A DNA stretch of 64,000 bases from Candidatus Heimdallarchaeota archaeon (lineage in GTDB: Archaea; Asgardarchaeota; Heimdallarchaeia; Heimdallarchaeales; Heimdallarchaeaceae). The notes under the pieces are model-generated. The model was not told the origin of the DNA and ran no database searches. It saw nothing but the letters and a program-made list of their open reading frames with translations. Each line of letters opens with the position of its first letter. Position 1 is the first letter of the stretch. The DNA lies in the NCBI GenBank assembly GCA_018238545.1, contig JABCTC010000009.1, positions 1 through 64,000 on the forward strand. The letters run 5' to 3'. Both the position numbers and the translations under genes were made by a program. Shown in pieces: positions 28,938 to 39,327 of this stretch.

Positions 28938-30382
28938 CTAACCTCCACATTACGAATACGCATAAATGAACCACCATGATAAACAGGTGCGCCTTGCATA
29001 GGATCACCTTTGCCACAAGTAGCAGCGTCAAATTCAAGCAAACTTCTCTTTGCAACTGCATCAACTGACCCCCAGAGTTTGGGTGTTGTCGTTTCAAATA
29101 CAGGTCTTCTTACCATATGCTTAACTTCACCATTTTCAATCAGATATGCTTCTAACCCTACATATTTAGATTGATATCGTCTGTCATCAATATTCCATTC
29201 ACTGAAGTTATGCATCAATACACCTAGCTTAACGTCCTCAATCATTTCATCTAATTCGAAATCACCTGGAGAGAGATAGGTATTAGCCATTCTTGGTATT
29301 GGTTCTCTGTTATACCCTATTGCTCGGGCAGCAGCTGTACTTTTTGTTTGCATGAAAGCAGCTGATTCTCTGTTATGTAACATATCTTGGAAGATACCAT
29401 CTTTTAAGAGATGTCTAGGGCCAGCTTTTATTCCTTCATCATCATAGAGATAGTAACCATATGAACCTACCAAAGTAGGATCATCTATTATTGTAACTTT
29501 TTCAGAACCAATTTTTTCACCAATCATATCTTGTTTAAGATAGCTTTCACCTGCTTGAGCACCTTCTCTTCCTAATATCCTATCGCCTTCTGAAGGGTGA
29601 CCTTGATTCTCATGACACATTATACCAATAACATTAGGACCTACAACATAATCTATTACTCCTTTTGGAGCTTCTTTCGCTTCAGTAACGATTTTTCCTA
29701 ATGTTGTAACTTCTTTTTCTATGAATTCTTCAATCTTCCAGAAATCTAATGATTCATAACCACCAGCTTTTCCTTTTTGTATCATAAGTTGTTCTTTAGA
29801 ACCTGTATTAGGATTTACTGCGACAATTAATCCAAAGAGTTGTAGAAGATCAGTTTCACTCTCTATCCTTGCTCCTTCATTAGTTAAAATCAATTTCTTT
29901 TCTGTTTGATCTAACATTTGAAAGAAACGAAATGGTACTATAGCATCAGTCTTTACTTCAGCAGCAATTTTATCTAGATTGATTAATCTGTTAATTTTCT
30001 CTTCAGGAGATATCTGTAAAGGTCTTTTTCCACTATGACCAATGGCTTGATAGGTTGCTTTGTGAACTTCCTCTTCGCTAAAAGCTATTTTATTTGTACG
30101 TCTACTACCACTAGCTTCAGCCATTTTAGTTGCGAAAGTAACTGCTATATTCATTTCTTCTTTCGTCATCTCATTGAAACTAGCGAAACCCACTCCACCA
30201 TCTTTCAATACTCTGATCCCGATTCCCTTGCTTCTCATTATGGCCCCTAATTCAGGAACACCACTTTTCAGAATACTAGTGTTGCTTTTCAAATCGACTA
30301 AGCGTGCTTCAATATACTGAGCACCAAGTTTGTCTCCCTTCTCTATTGCTTTTTCAACCAGATCAATTGGTTCTGCATTCAT
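28934..30382 (-). CDS. tldD: TldD metalloprotease
   Basis: HENQGHPSEGD, DDPT, YDDEG, PRMANT, CGKG.P.Q. Confidence 0.92.
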   Translation of the reverse strand: MNAEPIDLVEKAIEKGDKLGAQYIEARLVDLKSNTSILKSGVPELGAIMRSKGIGIRVLKDGGVGFASFNEMTKEEMNIAVTFATKMAEASGSRRTNKIAFSEEEVHKATYQAIGHSGKRPLQISPEEKINRLINLDKIAAEVKTDAIVPFRFFQMLDQTEKKLILTNEGARIESETDLLQLFGLIVAVNPNTGSKEQLMIQKGKAGGYESLDFWKIEEFIEKEVTTLGKIVTEAKEAPKGVIDYVVGPNVIGIMCHENQGHPSEGDRILGREGAQAGESYLKQDMIGEKIGSEKVTIIDDPTLVGSYGYYLYDDEGIKAGPRHLLKDGIFQDMLHNRESAAFMQTKSTAAARAIGYNREPIPRMANTYLSPGDFELDEMIEDVKLGVLMHNFSEWNIDDRRYQSKYVGLEAYLIENGEVKHMVRRPVFETTTPKLWGSVDAVAKRSLLEFDAATCGKGDPMQGAPVYHGGSFMRIRNVEVR

Positions 30383-30571
30383 ATTCAGGAGATATAATTA
30401 GAAATATTTAAAGATATTCTCTCAATGAAGAAAACATAATAAAATGGAGTAGACTTTTATTTTAGGGAATTTAAATCAATTTATCTGAAACTATCCTATA
30501 TGATATTAAAATCCTTTAAAATATCAGACGGATGATTTTGTATTAACTTTTTTTATTCTCTAAAAGTTTAT

Positions 30572-30808
30572 ATGTCTTACATAAATTATATGTTTATGCA
30601 TAAAATTCCTGGAAAAATTTATAGATTAACAAAGTTGGCAAATAGATTAAATAGATTAACACAAGAGGAAGAAGAAGAAGAAGAAGAAAAATTACCTCTC
30701 TCTCAAGAAACTGATTTTAATATGTTTGTAATTTGTAAAAAATGTAATAGAAGAATTAAAGTTAAAGAAAGTTGGAAGAAATGTATCTACTGTAATCATC
30801 CATTCTGA
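30572..30808 (+). CDS. Small zinc-ribbon protein with poly-Glu tract
   Basis: E8 tract encoded mostly by GAA repeats; CKKC...CIYC. Confidence 0.55.
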   Translation: MSYINYMFMHKIPGKIYRLTKLANRLNRLTQEEEEEEEEKLPLSQETDFNMFVICKKCNRRIKVKESWKKCIYCNHPF

Positions 30809-31070
30809 AGTATATTATCTATCATAAATAATTATCATAATCATATATCATTATTTCATCATATATTTCCTTCCCCTTTTCTGATTCAATCCAGCTCTAT
30901 TTAGTGATAACATGTTTCTCGAATAATAACTAGCAATCGAACACATTTAAAACTAATCAAATAACAAGTTAAAGGTTTAAAAGAGGGATGTGTAGCGATT
31001 TGCACAAATCTTGATTCAACGTTAATCTGTAGATTATTCCTTAAAAATGTAAAGTGAAAAAAGAGAGGTA

Positions 31071-32909
31071 TTAGAGAGATTTTTCAAAGAAATTTCCTAG
31101 CATCTTGAACAAAGTTTTTTGGTTCTTAACCTTCAAAATTCCATGCCCTTCATCTTCAAAAATGTACTCTTCATAATCAATTTTGTATTCTTCAAGTTTC
31201 TTTTTTACTTCTTCTACATTCTTTGGAGAAACATTAGGGTCTCGTCCTCCTTGAATGATAAGTAATTTACCTTCAATATCTTTAACAAAATTAATAGGTG
31301 ATCTCTCAAAGTATATATCTGGTACTTCTGTTGGAGTACCACCCATCATTTCAGCTGAAAGGGGTCTTAAATCAGGTCTTGTTGTATCGTAATCAATCAC
31401 AAGATCAGTCATACCACAAATAGGTGCAGAAGCTGCAATGACATCAAATGGCGTTTTTGTTATTCCATACCAAGCTGAATACCCTCCATAGCTTGTTCCA
31501 GTAATGCCAACTTTGCCACTTATAGCTATTCCTTGGGATATCAGTGTTTTAACCCCTGTAAGAATATCTTCTTGTTCATCAGCGCCCCATCCTTTGTCTC
31601 TTATTGAATCCTCAAATGTGAAACCATAACCGGTTGATCCTCTATAATTTGGATCAAGAACAGTAAAACCTAATTTGGCAAAGTACTGAATTTCTGAATT
31701 TATTGCGTCCTCAGAATGTGCAGTAGGTCCTCCATGCACATAAATTATTGTTCTTCCATTTGGTTTTGTGGGTTTATATAACCAGCCATGCACATTAACT
31801 CCATCGTGAGATTTCCAATCAAAGTCTTCAGCTGCTGTTAAATCATTCTTTTGCAATCTTGTTTGTTTCCAAACATCAGTCAGTGATTTGAAATTCATTG
31901 GATCTATATTGTCAATGTTGAATCTTATAACATCATCAGGTTGAGTTGAAGAATAATATTTGCCGATCCACTCTTTAGTATTTAAGGGGGCAATTGGATA
32001 ATAATTTCCAGTAATTTTAGGTAACTTTGTCTCCTGCAAAGTTTCCATGTTAATGATTGAAACTCTTTCTTTCGTTTTTTCATATTCTGAAACGAAGAAA
32101 TAATTACCAATTCTAGGTACAGAAAAATCTTCAATACTTCGCGATGGATCATCGATTACCCATATGATTTCTTCAGATTCTATATTGTAAATGCCGAGTG
32201 AGTAATGTTTCTGTTTTTTATTTTCTTTTGTATCTGTAAGAAATACTATTCTCTTGCTGTCAGGTAACCAAGAAGCGAATACTCTTGCTTTCTCACCGAA
32301 ATTTAACAATTCTCTATCATGATTGCCATTTATGTCCACAACCCATTTTTGTTCTCCTTTAGGATGGTACTCTTTTCTGCTATAGAGTATGTTCTGTCCA
32401 TCTTTTGATAGATCAGGGAATAACCATGTTGGTTTAACAGGTTTTGCTAAACATACCATCTCATTAGATTCTAAATTGTGCTTGTAAATATAAGTAGGTT
32501 CAATTTCTTTTTTTTCTGATAAGGAATAATTAGCTCCATATACTAACCATTTCTCGCTTGGGTCTATTCGCCCTCCTCTCAAGAAGAATGGAGGGTTATC
32601 CATAGTCAATGGAATCATCTCAAGCGGGTTATCTAGATTGATTCTAAACAATCTAACTCTTTCATTTCTACTCTTGTCTTCTCCAACCAGAACAGCTTTA
32701 CTCCTTGGATAGAAATATCTAACCATTGTCATCTCTGGAGTATTTGATAAAGCGACAGGTTCAGAACTACCATTAGTGGGAACATAGAACACATCAATGT
32801 TAGGATTAATATTTCTCCATGAATAGGCTAGATATTTTCCATTAGGGGAAATTTGAGGAGAATAAATAAAGGGTATTGTAAGCAAATCATCTAAATAATC
32901 TTCTTTCAT
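31071..32909 (-). CDS. S9 prolyl oligopeptidase / acylaminoacyl peptidase
   Basis: VHGGP, NYRGSTGYG, GTSYGG, D.NV, EGHG; likely start MKEDYL at 32909. Confidence 0.92.
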   Translation of the reverse strand: MKEDYLDDLLTIPFIYSPQISPNGKYLAYSWRNINPNIDVFYVPTNGSSEPVALSNTPEMTMVRYFYPRSKAVLVGEDKSRNERVRLFRINLDNPLEMIPLTMDNPPFFLRGGRIDPSEKWLVYGANYSLSEKKEIEPTYIYKHNLESNEMVCLAKPVKPTWLFPDLSKDGQNILYSRKEYHPKGEQKWVVDINGNHDRELLNFGEKARVFASWLPDSKRIVFLTDTKENKKQKHYSLGIYNIESEEIIWVIDDPSRSIEDFSVPRIGNYFFVSEYEKTKERVSIINMETLQETKLPKITGNYYPIAPLNTKEWIGKYYSSTQPDDVIRFNIDNIDPMNFKSLTDVWKQTRLQKNDLTAAEDFDWKSHDGVNVHGWLYKPTKPNGRTIIYVHGGPTAHSEDAINSEIQYFAKLGFTVLDPNYRGSTGYGFTFEDSIRDKGWGADEQEDILTGVKTLISQGIAISGKVGITGTSYGGYSAWYGITKTPFDVIAASAPICGMTDLVIDYDTTRPDLRPLSAEMMGGTPTEVPDIYFERSPINFVKDIEGKLLIIQGGRDPNVSPKNVEEVKKKLEEYKIDYEEYIFEDEGHGILKVKNQKTLFKMLGNFFEKSL

Positions 32910-32964
32910 AGCTGTAAAGTATTCTAAATAATTAAAATAGTTTACTAAATAGCGATAAAATAAA

Positions 32965-33531
32965 TTAAAATATATGTGGAAACCATTCAGCAAAAGGCAC
33001 AAATAATTCAAGTATTGGACCTGCGAAGATAAAGAAGATTACTCCAATGATTAAACCAACAACCGTTCCACCTATTACGTCTAATACATAATGTAACCTT
33101 AGTGATATCCTTGCTATGTTTACACCTATTGCCCAAATACAAAACAACCAACCAACTTCTGGAAAGAATAGTATCATAACTATTGCTGAAGTTGCCATCC
33201 GACTTGCATGACCACTAGGAAAACTGTAATAATCTCCTCTTGCAACGTATTTTTTGAGCATATCATCACTTGGTCTTTTTCTTTTTACGATAAACTTGAT
33301 TATGATTGTAGTTAAACCTGATACCCCTAAAACAAGCAGTTGAAAGATATTGATTGTTCTGTCCATGAAGATATCAAAAATGAAAAATACGACCGAGAGA
33401 ATAATCCAAGGCTGTGCATTACCGGAAAGAGCGAGTAAACTAAATAGAGTTTTGTGTTTAGCTGTTCTATCAACTATCTTTTGAGATACTCTTTTATCCC
33501 ACTCGTCTAGGCTTGATTCACCAGTAGCCAT
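32965..33531 (-). CDS. PAP2-family membrane (lipid) phosphate phosphatase
   Basis: K.IVKRKRP, SFPSGHA, ARISLRLHYVLDV. Confidence 0.9.
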   Translation of the reverse strand: MATGESSLDEWDKRVSQKIVDRTAKHKTLFSLLALSGNAQPWIILSVVFFIFDIFMDRTINIFQLLVLGVSGLTTIIIKFIVKRKRPSDDMLKKYVARGDYYSFPSGHASRMATSAIVMILFFPEVGWLFCIWAIGVNIARISLRLHYVLDVIGGTVVGLIIGVIFFIFAGPILELFVPFAEWFPHIF

Positions 33532-33579
33532 ACAAGAGAAGAAGTTGTGTGATTTAAAAAATTAACTGTTATTTCACAA

Positions 33580-34392
33580 CTATTCATACAAATTTTTGTT
33601 CTCTTCATAGTATCTTCGAGCTCCAATTAGATGCTCAGGTTTATCGACATCCATTGCTATTTCAGCATCAAACATTAATGGAGCATATATCCCCTTCTCA
33701 ATCTTGAAGATTTTTTTATTAAAAAATTTTAGTAGCCTTTCAAGTGATAGTCGCTTGAGAAGGTATTTTAATACAAGAATAGGGTTTAGAACAATTAACT
33801 GTCCAATTACTGATTTTCTTTGTGAACCTAAATCATCAATCAGTTTTTTATGTTCTAAAAGCTTTCCTGGTTTCACAAGAAGAATGTCCCCACCACAGAA
33901 TTCTAGATCCATAAATTTCATCCAACTTCGTTGGACATTAGGAAATTTTTCCAACATAGTCTCTTTTTTAACTATTGGATAATAGAATATTCCATCAATC
34001 TCTCCTCCTGATTCTTCTTCACATTTGTCAACAAACCTTTGTATCATATCGCTTTTAATTAGTGGAACATCTGCAGAGAGAGTGATCATATATGCAGAAT
34101 GCCCTTCTTCCTTACTAATATAATCTTTATAAACATTAACTCCTTTATCGAAAACTGTTCCTTCATCTTCAACAAAAATAACTGGGTAATCGGTGTCCCA
34201 CTCTTCTTTAGTCATACCTACAATGAAGATTTTTTCAATGAAGTCACATTTGAGAAATTCCTTTACTTGACGTTCAAGAAATGTTTTTGATCCTAGCTTA
34301 ATGAAACCTTTCTTTGGAACATTTTCAAGTTCACAAACAATATCATCCTTACTTGAATGTCCAGCTAATATAATAGCGTTCATCTTCATCAT
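33580..34392 (-). CDS. MobA-like NTP transferase family protein (paralogue 2)
   Basis: NAIILAG, KGFIKLG, SADVPLI, MDVDK. Confidence 0.85.
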   Translation of the reverse strand: MMKMNAIILAGHSSKDDIVCELENVPKKGFIKLGSKTFLERQVKEFLKCDFIEKIFIVGMTKEEWDTDYPVIFVEDEGTVFDKGVNVYKDYISKEEGHSAYMITLSADVPLIKSDMIQRFVDKCEEESGGEIDGIFYYPIVKKETMLEKFPNVQRSWMKFMDLEFCGGDILLVKPGKLLEHKKLIDDLGSQRKSVIGQLIVLNPILVLKYLLKRLSLERLLKFFNKKIFKIEKGIYAPLMFDAEIAMDVDKPEHLIGARRYYEENKNLYE

Positions 34393-34402
34393 TGTAATCT
34401 AC

Positions 34403-35329
34403 CTATTTTTGTAATTTATGTATGGTTGGTTCTATTTTTAGTTTTTTCAGATAGTCCTCATAAACTTCTCTTGTCAACTCTCCTTTTTCTCCACTAAGTG
34501 CAACTATACTTGCTTCAAGAACATTAGTCCCAAATGAAACACCATCTACTCTTGGGGTGGAAGTGATAACATATTTTATACCTATCTTCTTAAGTAGTTC
34601 AATATCACTTTCTCTTGTAGTATTTGTAACAATGATTTTTCCTTCCATATCTTCATGAGGCATATTTCTATTGATGAACAAGAAGTCTCCAGCTATCCAT
34701 TTTGCTCTTTTGAAATATTTTGTTTGAGTTGGTTTATGTATTTCTTGTTTTTCTCCTGTTGGGTATATCCAACTGAAGGGTAACTTGCAGACTATTGGGA
34801 GGAGTATTTTTGCTATAGATTTCACTGAACTCATCTTGTGCAGAGAGATACCTAATTGGAATCCCCAAAGTAAATCACCAAATGTGATGAGGTTTTTATC
34901 TTCGCCAACAAATTCCCATGCACTTTCAGCCATATGCCATCTATCAACTGCACACATATTAAGGAACGATCTATCCTCTTCTACTTCTTCAGGTAGCTTA
35001 TCCTCAATATACTGCATTATCCGCCCTTCAAGAGTACTTTTCATTCCTCCTCCATCAACAATAGGTGATTTATGAACACCTTTAATGAGCTTTTTGAAGA
35101 CATCGCGTATCTCATAACGCTTATTTTCTCTTCGAAGATACATATCTGTTCCCCCAACTCCAAAAGCATCTACTTTTCCATCATACTGTAGCATGAGTTC
35201 ATTATATTTTTTCATATCGCCATTTGTTCCTATTCTTTCAGCGATAATTGTTTCATTTCCTAATTTGTATTCTCGTTTGTAGTCTCTTACATCTGAACCC
35301 AAAGAGATTGATATAACATGTTTAGTCAT
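34403..35329 (-). CDS. 'Quinate 5-dehydrogenase'-annotated family protein of unknown function (paralogue 2)
   Basis: VISISLGS..RD, ERIGTNGD, PIVDG.G.K.TLE, WIYPTG, SFGTNVLEA. Confidence 0.75.
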   Translation of the reverse strand: MTKHVISISLGSDVRDYKREYKLGNETIIAERIGTNGDMKKYNELMLQYDGKVDAFGVGGTDMYLRRENKRYEIRDVFKKLIKGVHKSPIVDGGGMKSTLEGRIMQYIEDKLPEEVEEDRSFLNMCAVDRWHMAESAWEFVGEDKNLITFGDLLWGFQLGISLHKMSSVKSIAKILLPIVCKLPFSWIYPTGEKQEIHKPTQTKYFKRAKWIAGDFLFINRNMPHEDMEGKIIVTNTTRESDIELLKKIGIKYVITSTPRVDGVSFGTNVLEASIVALSGEKGELTREVYEDYLKKLKIEPTIHKLQK

Positions 35330-35466
35330 ATTGATTCACTAACATCTTAATAAAAAATGTACTTATTTATAAAATATCTTGTGGAACGCTCTAAAACAAG
35401 TCCATAAATCATTACACTCACCTACCAAACAGAAATCTTATATTTGCTTATTTTTGATGTGGTAAT

Positions 35467-35949
35467 ATGGATAAAGATGCCTTCATAATGCAATTACGTC
35501 AAATGATCGAAATCAAAGAAAAGATTAGTGAACTATTGATGAATGTAAATTGTTGTCCAGATAATTCTCTGCTTGAAGCACTATTTCATGGAATGGCTAT
35601 AGATGCAAAAAAACATTCTGAGATATTCAAAGGTTTATTAGATAGAGCTCAAGGAATAAACCAAGCAATTGACGAAGAGAGAAAACAAGCAATTCTATCC
35701 TCTGTCAATAAAGTATTAGAATTAGAGTGGAATGTTAAAAATCAAACAAGAAATGTTATAGATCGAGTATCTGATGATAAAACTAAAAGGGTTCTCACAT
35801 CAATCTTAGGCGATATTCAGAGACATGAAGTTACTCTCAAAGATTTACAATCTTTTAGTGAAGATATGGCTGAGGATCAAGAGAAAATAATTGATAAAAT
35901 ATGGAAATATTCCATTAAGTTTGACGATGATGAAAACGATGAAGACTAG
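35467..35949 (+). CDS. Ferritin-like four-helix protein
   Basis: Duplicated E...DxxxH pattern (MAIDAKKH; LGDIQRH). Confidence 0.6.
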   Translation: MDKDAFIMQLRQMIEIKEKISELLMNVNCCPDNSLLEALFHGMAIDAKKHSEIFKGLLDRAQGINQAIDEERKQAILSSVNKVLELEWNVKNQTRNVIDRVSDDKTKRVLTSILGDIQRHEVTLKDLQSFSEDMAEDQEKIIDKIWKYSIKFDDDENDED

Positions 35950-36055
35950 CAAGGTTAAAACAACTATTTTTTTCTCTAAATCAATCAAATTATTAGAAAA
36001 AGCGCTAATTTTTTACTGATACAGGTATCAGAAATAGTTAAAAAGAGAGTAGACG

Positions 36056-37090
36056 ATGTTCATTGAATTCGGTGATTATTTGAATAAATCCCCCATGACA
36101 GAAGAGATAGCAAAAAAACTAAAATGTTCTGTAGTTTCTATAAAATTCAAAAAAAACTTAACTGGCACTTCTACAGCTAACGTATCTGAAATAACTTGGG
36201 GGAAGGAGAAAAGGGTAGGGATTCTAAAACAAAACACAACTAAAGTAGAGTGGTTATTCTATTCCAAAATAGCATCAGAATTTGATGTTCCAGCACCAGC
36301 TCCAATAGCCTTTTCCAAATCTAGTGATTTACCCTGGATTTTGATCGAAAAGATTCCTCGTGGAGTTCATCCAAAAAAATGGACTAAGACTCACATAGAG
36401 AAAGCTATCAAAGAGCTTGCAGGTTTACATGCTCAATTTCATAACAAAGAAGACGAGAAAATATTTGATGATTTTCGGAAGAAAACAACAGAAGAATGGG
36501 AAAATACTAAAAAAAGATTGTTAGAAAACCTCAAACGAGCATCAAAAATAGCTGTAAATTATAAAGGAAAATATCCCATTACGAAATCTGAATTCGATTA
36601 TGTAAAAAAGAATTTGAAATCAAAAAGTTTCCAAGAGGACTTACTAGCAGGTGGAACATCATTATTACATGGTGACGTGTGGATTTACAATTTTATGAAT
36701 GTTCCTAATTGTTCTTGTCTTCTAGATTGGCAAGAATGTTTCTTTGGTCCTCCTGCTTGGGAATTCCTCTACTTCTACGATCTCATTCCTCTTCTAATAG
36801 ATGGTATCAAAGTAGGTATAAGAGAGAACCCATTTACATTTGATGAATTGCTAAAAATTTATCATTCTGAATTCAAGAAACAAGGAGGAAAAGTAACTCT
36901 TCCAAAATTCAAACAATCACTTAAAGCAGCAGTATCCTTTCAAATAGCTTATTTCTGGGCAAAGATTCTCAAACCAGATGTGATTCATCTTCACGGTGGA
37001 AGATACTTCATTGCAAGAACATTACGGCTCTTACCTTCACGAAAAGTTATGCGGGAGCATTTCAAGAAACTTCTGGCACTTAGCAAGTAA
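36056..37090 (+). CDS. APH/choline-kinase-like phosphotransferase
   Basis: LAGLHAQF, LLHGDVWIYN, LDWQ. Confidence 0.8.
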   Translation: MFIEFGDYLNKSPMTEEIAKKLKCSVVSIKFKKNLTGTSTANVSEITWGKEKRVGILKQNTTKVEWLFYSKIASEFDVPAPAPIAFSKSSDLPWILIEKIPRGVHPKKWTKTHIEKAIKELAGLHAQFHNKEDEKIFDDFRKKTTEEWENTKKRLLENLKRASKIAVNYKGKYPITKSEFDYVKKNLKSKSFQEDLLAGGTSLLHGDVWIYNFMNVPNCSCLLDWQECFFGPPAWEFLYFYDLIPLLIDGIKVGIRENPFTFDELLKIYHSEFKKQGGKVTLPKFKQSLKAAVSFQIAYFWAKILKPDVIHLHGGRYFIARTLRLLPSRKVMREHFKKLLALSK

Positions 37091-37152
37091 AATCTTACTT
37101 AAATGGACACGCAATAAAACTTTTAAGGCATTCTTTTCTCTTTCTCGCAATT

Positions 37153-38232
37153 ATGAGTGAATACATGGATATAGAAATACAGTTAGCTACTGAAGAACAA
37201 AAGAAACAAAAGCCTGCAGATTCAGAACTTGTTTTTGGTAAAATTTTCACCGATTACCTGTTTGAAGTCAAATATGAGAACGAAAGATGGGGGACTCCTA
37301 AAATAGTACCATATCATCCTTTTATATTAGATCCTGCAACAACTGTCTTGCACTATGCACAAGAAATTTTTGAGGGAATGAAAGCTTTCCGCCATCCAGA
37401 TGGCTCAATACACCTTTTTAGACCTTATAAAAATGCAGAGAGGTTCAATAGATCTGCAGAGCGAATGAGTATGCCAACAGTAAACAAAGACTTATTCGTA
37501 AAAGCTATAACTGAATTAGTTAAGCTGGAAAATGAATGGGTTCCAAATTCACCCGGAATGACATTATACATCAGACCAACAATGATTGCAACAGAAGTGG
37601 CATTAGGCGTTCATCCTAGTGATAAATATCTTTACTACATAATCTTATCACCAGTAGGTCCCTACTTCAAAACAGGATTTACACCTACAAAAGTTTATGT
37701 TGCAAGCACACATATCAGAGCTGCACCAGGCGGAACTGGGGAAGCAAAGACTGGAGGAAACTATTCTCCTACACTCTGGTCACAACAAAAAGCTAAAGCG
37801 CTAGGCTATCCTCAAGTATTGTGGTTAGACGCTGTAGAAAGAAAGTATGTCGAAGAAGCAGGAGCTATGAACATTATGTTCGTAATAGATGGAGAGATTT
37901 ATACTCCTCCTCTAGACGGAACTATTCTTCGGGGAATTACAAGAGCATCAGTAATCGAACTAGCGGAAGATTTGGGATATGTTATACATGAAGAACCTAT
38001 TAGCATAACTGATCTTATTGATAAAATACTTGATGGTTCTTGTAATGAAATATTCTGTGTAGGTACAGCCGCTTCTATAACTCCTTTAGGTGAAATATTC
38101 TACAAAGGTGAATCATACCTAGTTAATGATTGTGAGGTTGGAAAAATAACACAACATCTATACGATGAATTAGTAGGTATTCAATTTGGCAAAATACCTG
38201 ATAGATTCAATTGGATGTATAAAGTACAATGA
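37153..38232 (+). CDS. ilvE: Branched-chain amino acid aminotransferase
   Basis: LHYAQEIFEGMKA, LYIRP, AKTGGNY, EEAGAMN, IL.GITR, GTAA. Confidence 0.95.
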   Translation: MSEYMDIEIQLATEEQKKQKPADSELVFGKIFTDYLFEVKYENERWGTPKIVPYHPFILDPATTVLHYAQEIFEGMKAFRHPDGSIHLFRPYKNAERFNRSAERMSMPTVNKDLFVKAITELVKLENEWVPNSPGMTLYIRPTMIATEVALGVHPSDKYLYYIILSPVGPYFKTGFTPTKVYVASTHIRAAPGGTGEAKTGGNYSPTLWSQQKAKALGYPQVLWLDAVERKYVEEAGAMNIMFVIDGEIYTPPLDGTILRGITRASVIELAEDLGYVIHEEPISITDLIDKILDGSCNEIFCVGTAASITPLGEIFYKGESYLVNDCEVGKITQHLYDELVGIQFGKIPDRFNWMYKVQ

Positions 38233-38275
38233 ATTTAGGAAAAAGTTCTTAATTCTCCTCTTTTTTTACTTTCTA

Positions 38276-38611
38276 ATGAGTTCCATAAAATCCTTAACCA
38301 CAAAGATTATTGAATTTCGAGATGCAAGAAAATGGAAAGAGTTCCATACACCAAAAAACTTAGCGCTTTCCTTAGTTATTGAGACGGGAGAACTTTTCGA
38401 AATTATGCAATGGAAAAAAGATCAAGATATTCTTACTGATATCAATAAATTGAAACCTCAACTCGAAGATGAACTAGCAGATATAGCAATTTATCTTCTC
38501 TTATTAGCTCATGAGTTTGGTATTAATTTAGATACGGCTATTCAACGAAAGATAGCAAAAAACTGGAAGAAATATCCTCTAGATAAAAAAGCTGAATTTG
38601 AAAAAGAATGA
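38276..38611 (+). CDS. MazG-like dCTP pyrophosphatase family protein
   Basis: FRDARKW.EFHTPKNLA, E.GEL.E, DELAD, KYP. Confidence 0.9.
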   Translation: MSSIKSLTTKIIEFRDARKWKEFHTPKNLALSLVIETGELFEIMQWKKDQDILTDINKLKPQLEDELADIAIYLLLLAHEFGINLDTAIQRKIAKNWKKYPLDKKAEFEKE

Positions 38612-38615
38612 TGCT

Positions 38616-39323
38616 TTACCTAAGTAATGCTCCCCATCTTTTTGTGAGAACATATGTTCTTATTCGACCATTTGCATCGTACTTAACATCAAAGAATTTT
38701 AACTCAGTTTTACTTGCAAGTTTCTCAAAGTTTCTTAGAGGTCTTCTAGTTTTACGTTTGAAAACTTTTGTATTAATCAGATTAATAAATCCTTTAACCA
38801 AGGAAATTGGATATAAGAAAACTGATTTTGGAAAATATTCTCCAACTACTATAAGTTGCCCTTCTTTGGCCATCAGTCTTTTACATTCATTTAATAATTC
38901 TATTTTTTGACTTTTTGTAAGTTTTTCAAGAGCAAATATCAAAATTACATTGAGGTTAAACCTTGAAAGTTCACTCATTTTGCTTAATGAAAATGGTTTA
39001 AAGTCCATCTTTTCGAGTATTTTTTCATCACTAACTTCAGATTTTGGGCTGACATAAGATGAAGACATATCCCTTGCTGTTACAGAAATGTCTAGTTTTG
39101 CTATTTCCTCGCTTAATTTTCCTATTTTGTCTCCTATTACAAGTGTTGGACCTTTTTTGAGTTTTTCAAATATCCATTCATAAATCTCAGGTAGAAAAAG
39201 TTCTAAATTTACAGTTTTTTTCAATTTTGTAGTAACAGATTGAATTGTAGAAATGCTTTCTTCAGTTTTATCTTCTTCTTTACTCTCTAATTGTGGAATA
39301 TCTGGAACTTCAATATCTGACAT
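38616..39323 (-). CDS. SAM-methyltransferase-fold protein with degenerate motif I
   Basis: LVIGDKIGKL, VTARDMS, LLNECKRLMAKEGQLIV. Confidence 0.55.
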   Translation of the reverse strand: MSDIEVPDIPQLESKEEDKTEESISTIQSVTTKLKKTVNLELFLPEIYEWIFEKLKKGPTLVIGDKIGKLSEEIAKLDISVTARDMSSSYVSPKSEVSDEKILEKMDFKPFSLSKMSELSRFNLNVILIFALEKLTKSQKIELLNECKRLMAKEGQLIVVGEYFPKSVFLYPISLVKGFINLINTKVFKRKTRRPLRNFEKLASKTELKFFDVKYDANGRIRTYVLTKRWGALLR

Positions 39324-39327
39324 GTTA

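Noticed and set aside
30960-31070. tRNA or C/D-box sRNA in the intergenic region
   Set aside because: No cloverleaf or T-loop, and no properly placed C and D boxes
32910-33011. N-terminal extension of the S9 peptidase in the ORF track
   Set aside because: Overlaps the PAP2 gene and is AT-rich spacer-like sequence; ATG 32909 is more plausible
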